A stretch of DNA of 26,911 nucleotides from positions 1 through 26,911 of the IMG/VR virus record IMGVR_UViG_3300030606_000039; one strand, 5' to 3'. Positions 17,495 to 24,657 of this stretch are shown here, one piece after another. How positions within the stretch are numbered: position 1 is the first letter of the stretch; each line of letters opens with the position of its first letter. The DNA comes from a virus. Its lineage: Duplodnaviria > Caudoviricetes. The notes beneath the pieces were generated by a model. The model searched no databases. It was not told where the DNA came from and saw only the letters and a list, made by a program, of their open reading frames with translations. The position numbers were made by a program, and so were the translations under genes.

Positions 17495-17839
17495 ATGGCG
17501 GACAGTTTCATTGTGCATCGCGAGGCGAGAAAACTCATCGGCGTCAACTTCGGGGACGAGCTGCCGCCGGGCACGGTCATAACCGAGGACTTCCTGGTGA
17601 TCCTGTCCCCCAGCGGCGACGACGCGACGGCCGAGATCCGGGGCGCTACGCCGGTTGCCGTGGTGATTGACGAGCTACTCGCGAGCTTTTGGAAGGAGCC
17701 GGCAGCAGCAGCGGACGAACAGGCGCCCGGCACGTACAGGATCAAGATGCGCGTGTCAGCGGACAACTCGGAGAAGCCGGTTCCGCTCGGTACAGGCTAC
17801 CGCCTGATTTCACTCGAGATCATTGGAGACGCACCATGA
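17495..17839 (+). CDS. Putative fibre-to-virion adaptor (Ig/BppU-like), 114 aa
   Basis: GGAGG SD. IGVNFGDELPPG and PGTYRIKMRV patterns resemble small phage fibre adaptor proteins. Follows the repeat fibre gene. Confidence 0.5.
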   Translation: MADSFIVHREARKLIGVNFGDELPPGTVITEDFLVILSPSGDDATAEIRGATPVAVVIDELLASFWKEPAAAADEQAPGTYRIKMRVSADNSEKPVPLGTGYRLISLEIIGDAP

Positions 17840-19842
17840 GACGCATCCTGATAGTCGCCGCTCTCATCGCGGCTGGTGGCGGGGACGTATTCGCGCAGGG
17901 TCCGATCGAGCGGCGAGCGGTCGGCCAGGGCTACTACCTGGTCGAGCGGTGCGCCGCGACGTGCGTGAGCATCGGCCAGCACGCGCAGTGGTGGACGGCC
18001 ACGACTCGAGCGGACAGTCTGCTGCACGCGGTGCAGGCGCAGGGCTCGACGGACAGTGTACGGGTCGCGACGTACCAGATCGTGCGCTGGATCTGGCGGG
18101 GCGCGGCCGCGCCACCCGACAGCACGCCGGTCCCGCCCACGCCGCCGGACACGGTGACGCCGCCCACGCCGCCGAGCACACGGACGGTGCTGAACCCGGA
18201 CACGCTCCGACTGCTGGTCGGCCAGTCGTCCTACCTCGACTGGGGCGCTTTCGATGCGGGCGGCGCAGAGATCAACGCACAGGCGACGTTCGCGACCTTC
18301 GATCCCTCGATCGCGTCGGCGCCGCCGGGTCCATCCGGCGGGACGATGGTACGTGGTGAGTCGGTGGGCATCACACGGGTGAGCGCGATGTGGCAAGCAC
18401 ATGCGGATACATCGGTGATCGTCGTCACCGGAACCGCTCCGCCTCCGCCGGTTGATACGACGGTGACCGCACTCGGCGTCCGGATCAGCGCAGACCCGCG
18501 CGTGGCGGGGGGCAATGACTACTCGATCGACGCGCGCGTCTACGACCACGCCGATGTCGAGCAGGCCGGTCTACCCGTCACGGTGTGGGTGACGGGGGCG
18601 ACGTTCGGCCCGGGCACGACGCGCGAGACACGAAACTCGCCGCTGCGCATCAACTGGTGCTGCCCGGCCGTCGGCGACACACTGTACGCGACCGCGGCGA
18701 GTGCAGACACGGCGAGCTACGTACACACCGGCTCAGTGCCCGAACCGGAACCGATCCCGGTGCCGCCACCGAGTACGGGCGACAGCACGGTCATCACGCC
18801 CGCGGGGCTGGAGCCGATTCTCGGGCGGCTGATCCGCCGCAGCGCGACGTCCGGCCCGGTCGCCACATTCGACCAGCGGTTCGCGGCCAACGAGGCCGGA
18901 GCGTTTGCGGATGCGCAGGCGTTGGTCGCAGCGGGTGCGGCGAACATGGCGAACCATTACGATGCGCTTTTCGGCCGATTCCAGCGCGCGATCCGTGATG
19001 GCGCTCCGACCGGGCCGCTGTTTCAGCACGGCCGCGAGATCGCGCTGGCCTACGCGGCGTGGTCGCGGATGGCGGGCTCAGCGCCACCGCCGCACAACAA
19101 TACCGGGATGCTGGGTATGGAACTGTTGCTCGCGCTCGAACAGAACGCCGACGCGCGGATGCACATCCACTGCGTCGCGGGCTTCGACAGCGGCACCGAC
19201 CCGTGGGGCTACCTGCAGGGGACGCACTCGAACACCGGCCCTCGCATTCCCGCCGTCGCGTTGCAGGCGATATCGGCCGCGCACCGTAACGGCATCCCGT
19301 GGGGCGCCTGCCCCGCGAACATCAACTCGACGCCGCTGCTGTCGCTCGGGTCGTGGCTCAACTCCGGCCGCCGGCTGATCGGGTGGATCGAGCTGAACTG
19401 GGTCAAGCCCGATGGTAGCGTGCCGAGCCCGTCGCACAGTGTGGACTGCGGGTTCACGTGCGAGGCGTACTTCATGAATGCAATGCTCGCCGTCGAGCTG
19501 CTACGCTGGTACCGCGATGTCGAGCCCGATCCGCGCGTGCTCGAACTAGCGGGCCGGATTGTCGGGCACCTGGCGGACGAGTGGCAGAGAACCGGCGGGC
19601 CGCTGCCCTACTTCACGAATCGTGCGCCCGGCTCCGCGAACGATCTCGCGGCGTTCCACATCTGGCCGGCGCTCGTGATCTGGCAGGAGAGCGGCGAGAC
19701 GCGGCTGCGCGACTTCGCGGTAGCGCACATGCTGGCTGCTGCATCCGCGGGGAATCAGGACCGCGCGAAACAGTTCCAGCAGGTGCATTCGACGCACGCG
19801 GCCGAAGCGGAGGCGATTCTCGCCGGGGTGCTATGGCGGTGA
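17836..19842 (+). CDS. Predicted exported protein, 668 aa: signal peptide, Pro-rich linkers, Big_2-like Ig domain(s) and a helical C-terminal domain
   Basis: GGAG SD and ATGA overlap at 17836. MRRILIVAALIAAGGGDVFA|QG. LLVGQSSYL...DAGG...FATFDPSIAS...VRGESVGITRVSA...ADTSVIVVT matches the bacterial Ig group-2 pattern. Confidence 0.72.
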   Translation: MRRILIVAALIAAGGGDVFAQGPIERRAVGQGYYLVERCAATCVSIGQHAQWWTATTRADSLLHAVQAQGSTDSVRVATYQIVRWIWRGAAAPPDSTPVPPTPPDTVTPPTPPSTRTVLNPDTLRLLVGQSSYLDWGAFDAGGAEINAQATFATFDPSIASAPPGPSGGTMVRGESVGITRVSAMWQAHADTSVIVVTGTAPPPPVDTTVTALGVRISADPRVAGGNDYSIDARVYDHADVEQAGLPVTVWVTGATFGPGTTRETRNSPLRINWCCPAVGDTLYATAASADTASYVHTGSVPEPEPIPVPPPSTGDSTVITPAGLEPILGRLIRRSATSGPVATFDQRFAANEAGAFADAQALVAAGAANMANHYDALFGRFQRAIRDGAPTGPLFQHGREIALAYAAWSRMAGSAPPPHNNTGMLGMELLLALEQNADARMHIHCVAGFDSGTDPWGYLQGTHSNTGPRIPAVALQAISAAHRNGIPWGACPANINSTPLLSLGSWLNSGRRLIGWIELNWVKPDGSVPSPSHSVDCGFTCEAYFMNAMLAVELLRWYRDVEPDPRVLELAGRIVGHLADEWQRTGGPLPYFTNRAPGSANDLAAFHIWPALVIWQESGETRLRDFAVAHMLAAASAGNQDRAKQFQQVHSTHAAEAEAILAGVLWR

Positions 19843-20054
19843 TCGCGATCGAGCGGCGCGCGGTCGACAGTCAGGGCTGGCAGGACGTCGTGCTGGAGCA
19901 TGGTCGGCGCAGCGCGTCGCTGTCCTGCCCGCAGTGCGGCGTCCGGATGCGGCTCGTGCATCACCGGATCAGCGATGAGGGTGAGGTCTGGCCACTGGTC
20001 AAGTGTTCCACCGGCTGCGGGTTCCGTGCGGCGGTCCGGCTGCTCGGGTGGTGA
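19833..20054 (+). CDS. Small Zn-ribbon-like protein, about 73 aa
   Basis: CPQC...H...CSTGC. Overlaps the upstream stop (ATG 19833 or GTG 19839). Confidence 0.65.
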   Translation: MAVIAIERRAVDSQGWQDVVLEHGRRSASLSCPQCGVRMRLVHHRISDEGEVWPLVKCSTGCGFRAAVRLLGW

Positions 20055-20060
20055 AGTGAG

Positions 20061-20312
20061 ATGGCGGTAGAGCCCGGCCGGAACGGTGTACTGGCGAAGG
20101 CTATCATAGGTGTCGTGGGCACGCTGGCCGCAGCGGCAATCATTGCGACGGCGAGCTTCACCCAGCGGACCGCGGTCGCCGTTGAGCGTACGAACGGGCA
20201 GGTAGCGTTGGTCAATCAGGGGCTCGGCTACATGCGCATGGAGATGGAGGCGTTGGAGCGGCGTCTCACCGACATCGAGGGCCGGATCCGCGAACTGGAG
20301 CGAGGACGATGA
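20061..20312 (+). CDS. Single-TM coiled-coil protein (holin/XhlA-like candidate)
   Basis: Hydrophobic VLAKAIIGVVGTLAAAAIIATASF followed by heptads MEALERRLTDIEGRIRELE. Confidence 0.6.
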   Translation: MAVEPGRNGVLAKAIIGVVGTLAAAAIIATASFTQRTAVAVERTNGQVALVNQGLGYMRMEMEALERRLTDIEGRIRELERGR

Positions 20313-20554
20313 CTATACAGATGAATATGCCGGCGTGGGTCGTGCGGACATGGCACGTATCGGCGCTCCTGACCGCGATCCTGCTGGCCGTGCTCGCGTG
20401 GTCCTCTTATCGGACCTCGCAGACCAGTCTGGCAACCGAGCGAGCGGTCGTCGAGACCGTGGTCGAGTTGCGCCAGATGAATGCATTCTGGGACCGGACG
20501 CTACGGCGGGCGGACTCGCTACGTGCGCTGCAGGACACCGGGAGGACACCGTGA
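20309..20554 (+). CDS. Single-TM membrane protein, 81 aa
   Basis: ATGA-coupled. Hydrophobic VSALLTAILLAVLAWSSY followed by a helical soluble part. Confidence 0.62.
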   Translation: MTIQMNMPAWVVRTWHVSALLTAILLAVLAWSSYRTSQTSLATERAVVETVVELRQMNAFWDRTLRRADSLRALQDTGRTP

Positions 20555-20865
20555 GCGACGAGCCACGCGAGGACACGCTGATGCAGCGGGCGCAGCATGC
20601 GGTGACGCAGGCGAGCCAGCCCGCGCCGTCGCACATCGGCAAGGGCGGCCAGATCGGCGGGATCATCCTGATCGGGCTCGTCGGCTGGCACGGTGTAGCG
20701 CCCTCGCTGCACCAATGGCTGCACCCGCACGATGATCCGCTCCAGGTCTGGCCGCTCTGGTTGGTGATGGTGCTGCTGGCCGCCGGGATCGTGCTGCTGG
20801 CGGGCGCTGAGGCACTGGCGCAGGCCGTGCGCGCGGTGCTGCCTATTCTCGACCGCGGGAAGTGA
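20551..20865 (+). CDS. Two-TM membrane protein, holin candidate, 104 aa
   Basis: GGAGG SD and GTGA overlap at 20551. Segments IGGIILIGLVGW and VWPLWLVMVLLAAGIVLLAGA. Charged C-terminus. Confidence 0.6.
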   Translation: MSDEPREDTLMQRAQHAVTQASQPAPSHIGKGGQIGGIILIGLVGWHGVAPSLHQWLHPHDDPLQVWPLWLVMVLLAAGIVLLAGAEALAQAVRAVLPILDRGK

Positions 20866-21113
20866 TGCCGCGCGTCGCGAAGGTCCACCGCTTCGAGGCC
20901 GTGCGCATGGCGCACGATGTCGTACTCGTGAACGAGCGCACGGGTGACCGCGGGAAGAAGATCGAGGCGCAGGGTCGCTACATGGTGACGAATCTCGACA
21001 CGGGCGAGCAGTGGTACATCCGCGCCGAGGAGTTCCATCGGTCCGGCTGGGCGGCGGTCGATCCCGCGGACTCGGCGTACTTCGGCGGTTTCACTAGCCT
21101 GGGCGAACCATGA
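20862..21113 (+). CDS. Hypothetical protein, 83 aa
   Basis: Coupled at both ends, with phage-like codon usage. Confidence 0.62.
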   Translation: MMPRVAKVHRFEAVRMAHDVVLVNERTGDRGKKIEAQGRYMVTNLDTGEQWYIRAEEFHRSGWAAVDPADSAYFGGFTSLGEP

Positions 21114-21985
21114 ACATCGCTGTCGGGATCGGCGGTGGTGGCCTCAAGATCGCCTACGAGATCGGCGTCATCATGGAGCTCCAGAACCGCGGCCACCGCA
21201 TCGTATCCAGCGACGGCGTGTCCGCCGGCGCGCTCGTGACGGCGCTCCTGATCCAGCACGAGTGGGGGCTGCTCGAAGCCGTCGTGAAAGGCGGCGGTCC
21301 CGGCGACTCGCGCATGTGGCCGGCGCTCACTGAGGACGTGCATCGCTGGCGGACAGGCCGCGAACTGGCGTGGCCGATGCTGACGCGCGGACTCCGCGGC
21401 GTGGACAGCATGGGTCGCAATGACCGGCTGTGGAGCAACTACCTGAGCCGGTTCATCGACGCCGACCGCGCCGTGATACCCGGGTACGTCGGGTGCGTCG
21501 AGTGGAACACACCCGGCTCGCCCTACCGCTCGATCGCGCATGACGAGCACCCGGCAGCGTGGCCGCGCGCGGTCTGGGGCTCGGCGACGATACCCGTGAT
21601 CTGGGAGCCGGTCCACTGGCGCGACGGGACCTACCTCGCGGACGGCGGGCTACGGACGTCGGTCCCGATCGACGACATCATGGACCGCATCGTCCGGGGC
21701 GTGCAGGCAGCGCCGGACCTCGTGATGGCGGTGCCGACGAACGTCGAGGGCCAGCCTGCCGATGACGTCGGGCCCGGCCTCGACGGCGCGGCGCTGCACA
21801 CCATCGGCATCATGACGGCGCAGATCGAGTCCGACGACGTCGCCGCGAAACCGTGGTGGCCGGACGTGCCGCACGTGATCCTGCGGCCGACCGTCGACCT
21901 GGGCGGGACGCTCGAGTCGACGCCGCAGACGCAACTCGACCGATACGAGCACGGCAAGGAGCGCGTGCGGGAGTGGAGCCGATGA
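21110..21985 (+). CDS. Patatin-like phospholipase
   Basis: All hallmark motifs present: GGGGLK (oxyanion), GVSAG (GxSxG nucleophile), SATIP and DGG (catalytic Asp). Confidence 0.9.
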   Translation: MNIAVGIGGGGLKIAYEIGVIMELQNRGHRIVSSDGVSAGALVTALLIQHEWGLLEAVVKGGGPGDSRMWPALTEDVHRWRTGRELAWPMLTRGLRGVDSMGRNDRLWSNYLSRFIDADRAVIPGYVGCVEWNTPGSPYRSIAHDEHPAAWPRAVWGSATIPVIWEPVHWRDGTYLADGGLRTSVPIDDIMDRIVRGVQAAPDLVMAVPTNVEGQPADDVGPGLDGAALHTIGIMTAQIESDDVAAKPWWPDVPHVILRPTVDLGGTLESTPQTQLDRYEHGKERVREWSR

Positions 21986-22299
21986 GCGAAGTGTCTCGCC
22001 CGCCCGAGGGTCCGCAGTGCCACGATGGGATGGTCCATCCATTGTCGACATGCCCACGCGGCCGGACAGACTGCACTCCGGTCGCACGCCGTGCATCGCC
22101 CGGGTTCGAGTCGTTTTTCTGCTGCGGCGAAACGGACGGCGCGACCGTGCCCGAAGATACGATCCGGCTCTGCGTCAAAAGCACGCACGATCAGGGGCCG
22201 GTGGACCTGATGGTCAACTTCGATGATCGGGATACGATTGACGCGATCGCCGTTCTGTCGGCCGGACTTTCGTTCCACCGACTGGGTGAGGGCGCATGA
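21982..22299 (+). CDS. Cys-containing hypothetical protein, 105 aa
   Basis: GGAG SD and ATGA overlaps on both sides (MSEVSRPPEG...). Confidence 0.62.
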   Translation: MSEVSRPPEGPQCHDGMVHPLSTCPRGRTDCTPVARRASPGFESFFCCGETDGATVPEDTIRLCVKSTHDQGPVDLMVNFDDRDTIDAIAVLSAGLSFHRLGEGA

Positions 22300-22502
22300 G
22301 CGATGAGCTGAGCGGCGAAGGCCAGTGCGCCCGCTGCGGCGAATATCGTCGCGCCGCCGTCCTGCCGATCGAGAAGATCGACGGTGATTGGGTGGTGCGC
22401 GCGGTCAATCCGTGCACCTGCGGCGAGACACGACTGTGCGCGTTCAGGAGTGATCCGATCCGCGAAACGATATCGCGGCGGGACGTCGGGGGTCTCCCAT
22501 GA
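22296..22502 (+). CDS. Small Cys-motif hypothetical protein, 68 aa
   Basis: CARC...CTC. ATGA-coupled on both sides. Confidence 0.6.
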   Translation: MSDELSGEGQCARCGEYRRAAVLPIEKIDGDWVVRAVNPCTCGETRLCAFRSDPIRETISRRDVGGLP

Positions 22503-22903
22503 GCTTCAAGTTCGGGCGACGATCGATGGAGTCGCTGGGCTCGGTGCACCCGGAGCTGCGCCGTCTGTTCACCGAGGTCATCCGCCACTACGATTGCAGC
22601 ATTCTGGAGGGCCACAGGGGGCGCGAGGCGCAGGAAGAGGCGCTGCGGAAGGGTACGACGACGCTACCGTGGCCGCGGTCGAAGCACAACACCTTTCCGG
22701 CGCTCGCGGTAGATGCCGTGCCGTACCCGATCGACTGGACGGATACTCGCCGCTTCTACTACTTCGGCGGATTCGTGCTGGCCACGGCGGCACAGCTCGG
22801 CATCCGCATCCGATGGGGTGGCGACTGGGACGGTGACGGGGACTTCAAGGATCAGTCGTTCCATGACTTGCCGCACTTCGAGCTGTTGAGCACAGACGTC
22901 TGA
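22499..22903 (+). CDS. Endolysin, M15-family Zn peptidase (L-Ala-D-Glu type, T5 lysin-like)
   Basis: FKFGRRS, VHPEL, EGHR...Q, SKH...AVD, IRWGGDW and DLPHFEL motifs. Single catalytic domain. Confidence 0.92.
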   Translation: MSFKFGRRSMESLGSVHPELRRLFTEVIRHYDCSILEGHRGREAQEEALRKGTTTLPWPRSKHNTFPALAVDAVPYPIDWTDTRRFYYFGGFVLATAAQLGIRIRWGGDWDGDGDFKDQSFHDLPHFELLSTDV

Positions 22904-22905
22904 GG

Positions 22906-22981
22906 GGCCAGCCGGCGCGGGTCTGGTCTCGCGCGGCAACGGTGCCGGGCCGTGGGAGTGGGGAGCGGCTACCGGCTGGCC
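22906..22981 (+). other. Predicted multibranch RNA structure between convergent operons (possible terminator or stabiliser)
   Basis: A perfect 10-bp closing stem GGCCAGCCGG/CCGGCTGGCC encloses three adjacent hairpins. No U-tract. Confidence 0.45.
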
Positions 22982-23013
22982 TCGATTCGCCGTGCCGGTC
23001 CGCTAACCCGCGT

Positions 23014-23391
23014 TCATTCCACTACCCACCCGTCCGCCGTGAGCGCGTCGATCGCGGCCCGCAGATTCGTCACCCGCACGGGCTCGCCATCGGCCGTTGC
23101 ATCGACCGTCGCGCCAGGCAGGCCCCTCGCTGCGGCCGCCGCGGCCGGCGACGTCGCGCTGAGGATCCCGCCACGGCCGCCACGCGAGCCGCCGTCGGGC
23201 TGGGCGTAGATGTCCGCCCCGCGCGCTCGACGGTGATCCTGCCACGCCTGGCGGCGCTTCCCGTGCACCCAGAGCCGGCCGGCGAACGTCGCGACTTCCG
23301 CCTCGTTGCTTGGCCGGCACGGCTCGCCGACCTCCGCGGGACAGACGGGACACGGTACGGCGGCGATCGCCTTGGTGTCGCGTCGACTCAC
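23014..23391 (-). CDS. Zn-finger-containing protein, 125 aa
   Basis: GGAGG SD and GTGA overlap at 23391. AVPCPVCPAEVGEPC...VHGKR (C2-C-H) motif. Confidence 0.68.
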   Translation of the reverse strand: MSRRDTKAIAAVPCPVCPAEVGEPCRPSNEAEVATFAGRLWVHGKRRQAWQDHRRARGADIYAQPDGGSRGGRGGILSATSPAAAAAARGLPGATVDATADGEPVRVTNLRAAIDALTADGWVVE

Positions 23392-23720
23392 GCCACCCCT
23401 CCGATCACGTGCCCGTCCTCGTCGTACAGCGCCCGGTCGTCGTCTCTCCCCGGCCAGTCCGCCGGTGCCGCAACGGTCACGTACCAGCCGGACTGGCCTG
23501 CCGGCTGATCGGACCAGTGCGCACCGATCCGGATCACGACAGCCGAGATTGAGCGGCGGCCGTAGGCATCCAGGATCACCCGGTCGCCCACACGGGGCAT
23601 GTCCCACTCCGACTGCCGCCACGTGTACTCGGCGGGCGCTTCGATGGTATCGACGGTCCGCTCGCCGTCGTCCAGCAGGCACGCCGTCCGGTCGATCTCG
23701 TGTACGTTGTCCGTCGTCAT
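23388..23720 (-). CDS. Hypothetical protein, 110 aa
   Basis: GGAGG SD and ATG at 23720 (MTTDNVHEID...), coupled to neighbours. Confidence 0.7.
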   Translation of the reverse strand: MTTDNVHEIDRTACLLDDGERTVDTIEAPAEYTWRQSEWDMPRVGDRVILDAYGRRSISAVVIRIGAHWSDQPAGQSGWYVTVAAPADWPGRDDDRALYDEDGHVIGGVA

Positions 23721-23942
23721 CGGTCGGCCCTCCAATCGTACTCGACCTCTTCCACCCACTCGCCGACCACGATCCGGCCGCCGTCCTCGGTGCCACGCTG
23801 GCGGGCCAGCTCGGCGCGCGCTTCGGCCACCAAGTCCCCGGCCGGAAGGTCTGCATGCTCAGGGCCGGTCAACAGCAGCTCGGCCTGCCCGTCGTCGCTC
23901 ATCCAGTACGCTGCCCGGAATGTCGTCATCGGTCGGTCCTCC
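23713..23942 (-). repeat. 21-nt direct repeat (20/21 identical) covering the SD and start of two adjacent genes
   Basis: GGAGGGCCGACCGATGACGAC (23733-23713) and GGAGGACCGACCGATGACGAC (23942-23922). Confidence 0.85.
23717..23929 (-). CDS. Hypothetical acidic protein, 70 aa
   Basis: GGAGG SD and ATG at 23929 (MTTFRAAYW...). Confidence 0.7.
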   Translation of the reverse strand: MTTFRAAYWMSDDGQAELLLTGPEHADLPAGDLVAEARAELARQRGTEDGGRIVVGEWVEEVEYDWRADR

Positions 23943-23955
23943 CGGTGGTGTGTGG

Positions 23956-24291
23956 TTACGCGGCCCGGCGCGCTCCGCTGATCCGCAGCCGAATCCCCTG
24001 CGATCCCGGCCGGTACTCGACCTCGCACGTCTCGCCAGCGGCAGCGACCAGCTCAACCTCCGACTGGCTGCGCTCCTCGCGTGCCGTGCGGTTCTTGCCG
24101 ACGCGGAGCATGACGTCCATGACGATCGTCATGGCGGCGCCGTCCTCGGCCTCGCCACTGTGGCCGGCCGAAACCCACGGGTTGCCGGTGGCGCTTTCGA
24201 CCACCGGCGTGCCGTCCGCGCGGCGCACCTGGTAGCGTGCCCACCCCTTGCTCTTGCTGGGCTGACTCAGGATTTCGACGGTGATTGTCAT
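23956..24291 (-). CDS. Hypothetical protein, 111 aa; first gene of the leftward early operon
   Basis: GAGGA SD. Lies about 55 nt downstream of a consensus promoter. Confidence 0.72.
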   Translation of the reverse strand: MTITVEILSQPSKSKGWARYQVRRADGTPVVESATGNPWVSAGHSGEAEDGAAMTIVMDVMLRVGKNRTAREERSQSEVELVAAAGETCEVEYRPGSQGIRLRISGARRAA

Positions 24292-24352
24292 TTCGGGCCA
24301 TCCTCGTGAGAGAGTGGAATCGGGTGGCGGGCTGTCTCACCCGCACACAAGG

Positions 24353-24381
24353 AATATAGCGGATGGGTCTGACGGTGTCAA
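24353..24381 (-). promoter_or_regulatory. Strong sigma70-type leftward promoter
   Basis: TTGACA (24381-24376), 17 nt, TATATT (24358-24353). Confidence 0.85.
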
Positions 24382-24393
24382 GTATCCTGACAC
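24370..24393. promoter_or_regulatory. Putative operator palindromes over the -35 box
   Basis: TGAC-GGT-GTCA (24370-24380) interlocked with GTGTCA-N7-TGACAC (24375-24393). Confidence 0.55.
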
Positions 24394-24402
24394 GCCGCCC
24401 CC

Positions 24403-24432
24403 TTGTGCGCGCAGCATGCCGTCAGCTATCCT
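24403..24432 (+). promoter_or_regulatory. Putative rightward promoter giving a leaderless HTH mRNA
   Basis: TTGTGC, 18 nt, TATCCT, with ATG 24439 six nt downstream and no SD. Confidence 0.55.
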
Positions 24433-24438
24433 ACCAGC

Positions 24439-24657
24439 ATGACAACAGATAAGACGATCGGACAACGGGTGCGCGAGGCGCGCGACCGGGTCGGGCTGAC
24501 GCAGGCGGAGTTGGCCGCCCGGCTCGGATGGGCGCGCGCGACGGTTTCCCACGTCGAGAGCGGCGGCCGATCCGTCCTGGCCGCGGAGCTGCTGCCGCTC
24601 GCGCTAGCGCTCGACGCGAGCGTCTGGGAGCTGATCGGCGAGCGGGAGCTGGAGTAG
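24439..24657 (+). CDS. XRE/Cro-CI-family HTH regulator, 72 aa
   Basis: IGQRVREARDRVGLTQAELAARLGWARATVSHVESGGR, a classic HTH_3 pattern. Confidence 0.92.
   Translation: MTTDKTIGQRVREARDRVGLTQAELAARLGWARATVSHVESGGRSVLAAELLPLALALDASVWELIGERELE

Noticed and set aside
18133-18174. 15-nt direct repeat CCGCCCACGCCGCCG x2
   Set aside because: Simply encodes PPTPP twice in a proline-rich linker.
2752-21981. Upstream-extended starts in the ORF track (2752, 3270, 4508, 8571, 17689, 19458, 20335, 21853)
   Set aside because: Each overlaps a real upstream gene extensively. SD motifs and/or stop-start overlaps support starts at 3052, 3651, 5066, 8823, 17836, 19833/19839, 20551 and 21982.
21110-21985. Patatin as a CBASS CapV-type defence effector
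   Set aside because: No cyclic-nucleotide synthase or other CBASS genes nearby, and the gene is embedded in the phage late operon.
22906-22981. tRNA gene or classical intrinsic terminator
   Set aside because: No TTCRA T-loop, no 7-nt anticodon loop, no CCA end and no U-tract on either strand. Kept only as an unexplained structure.
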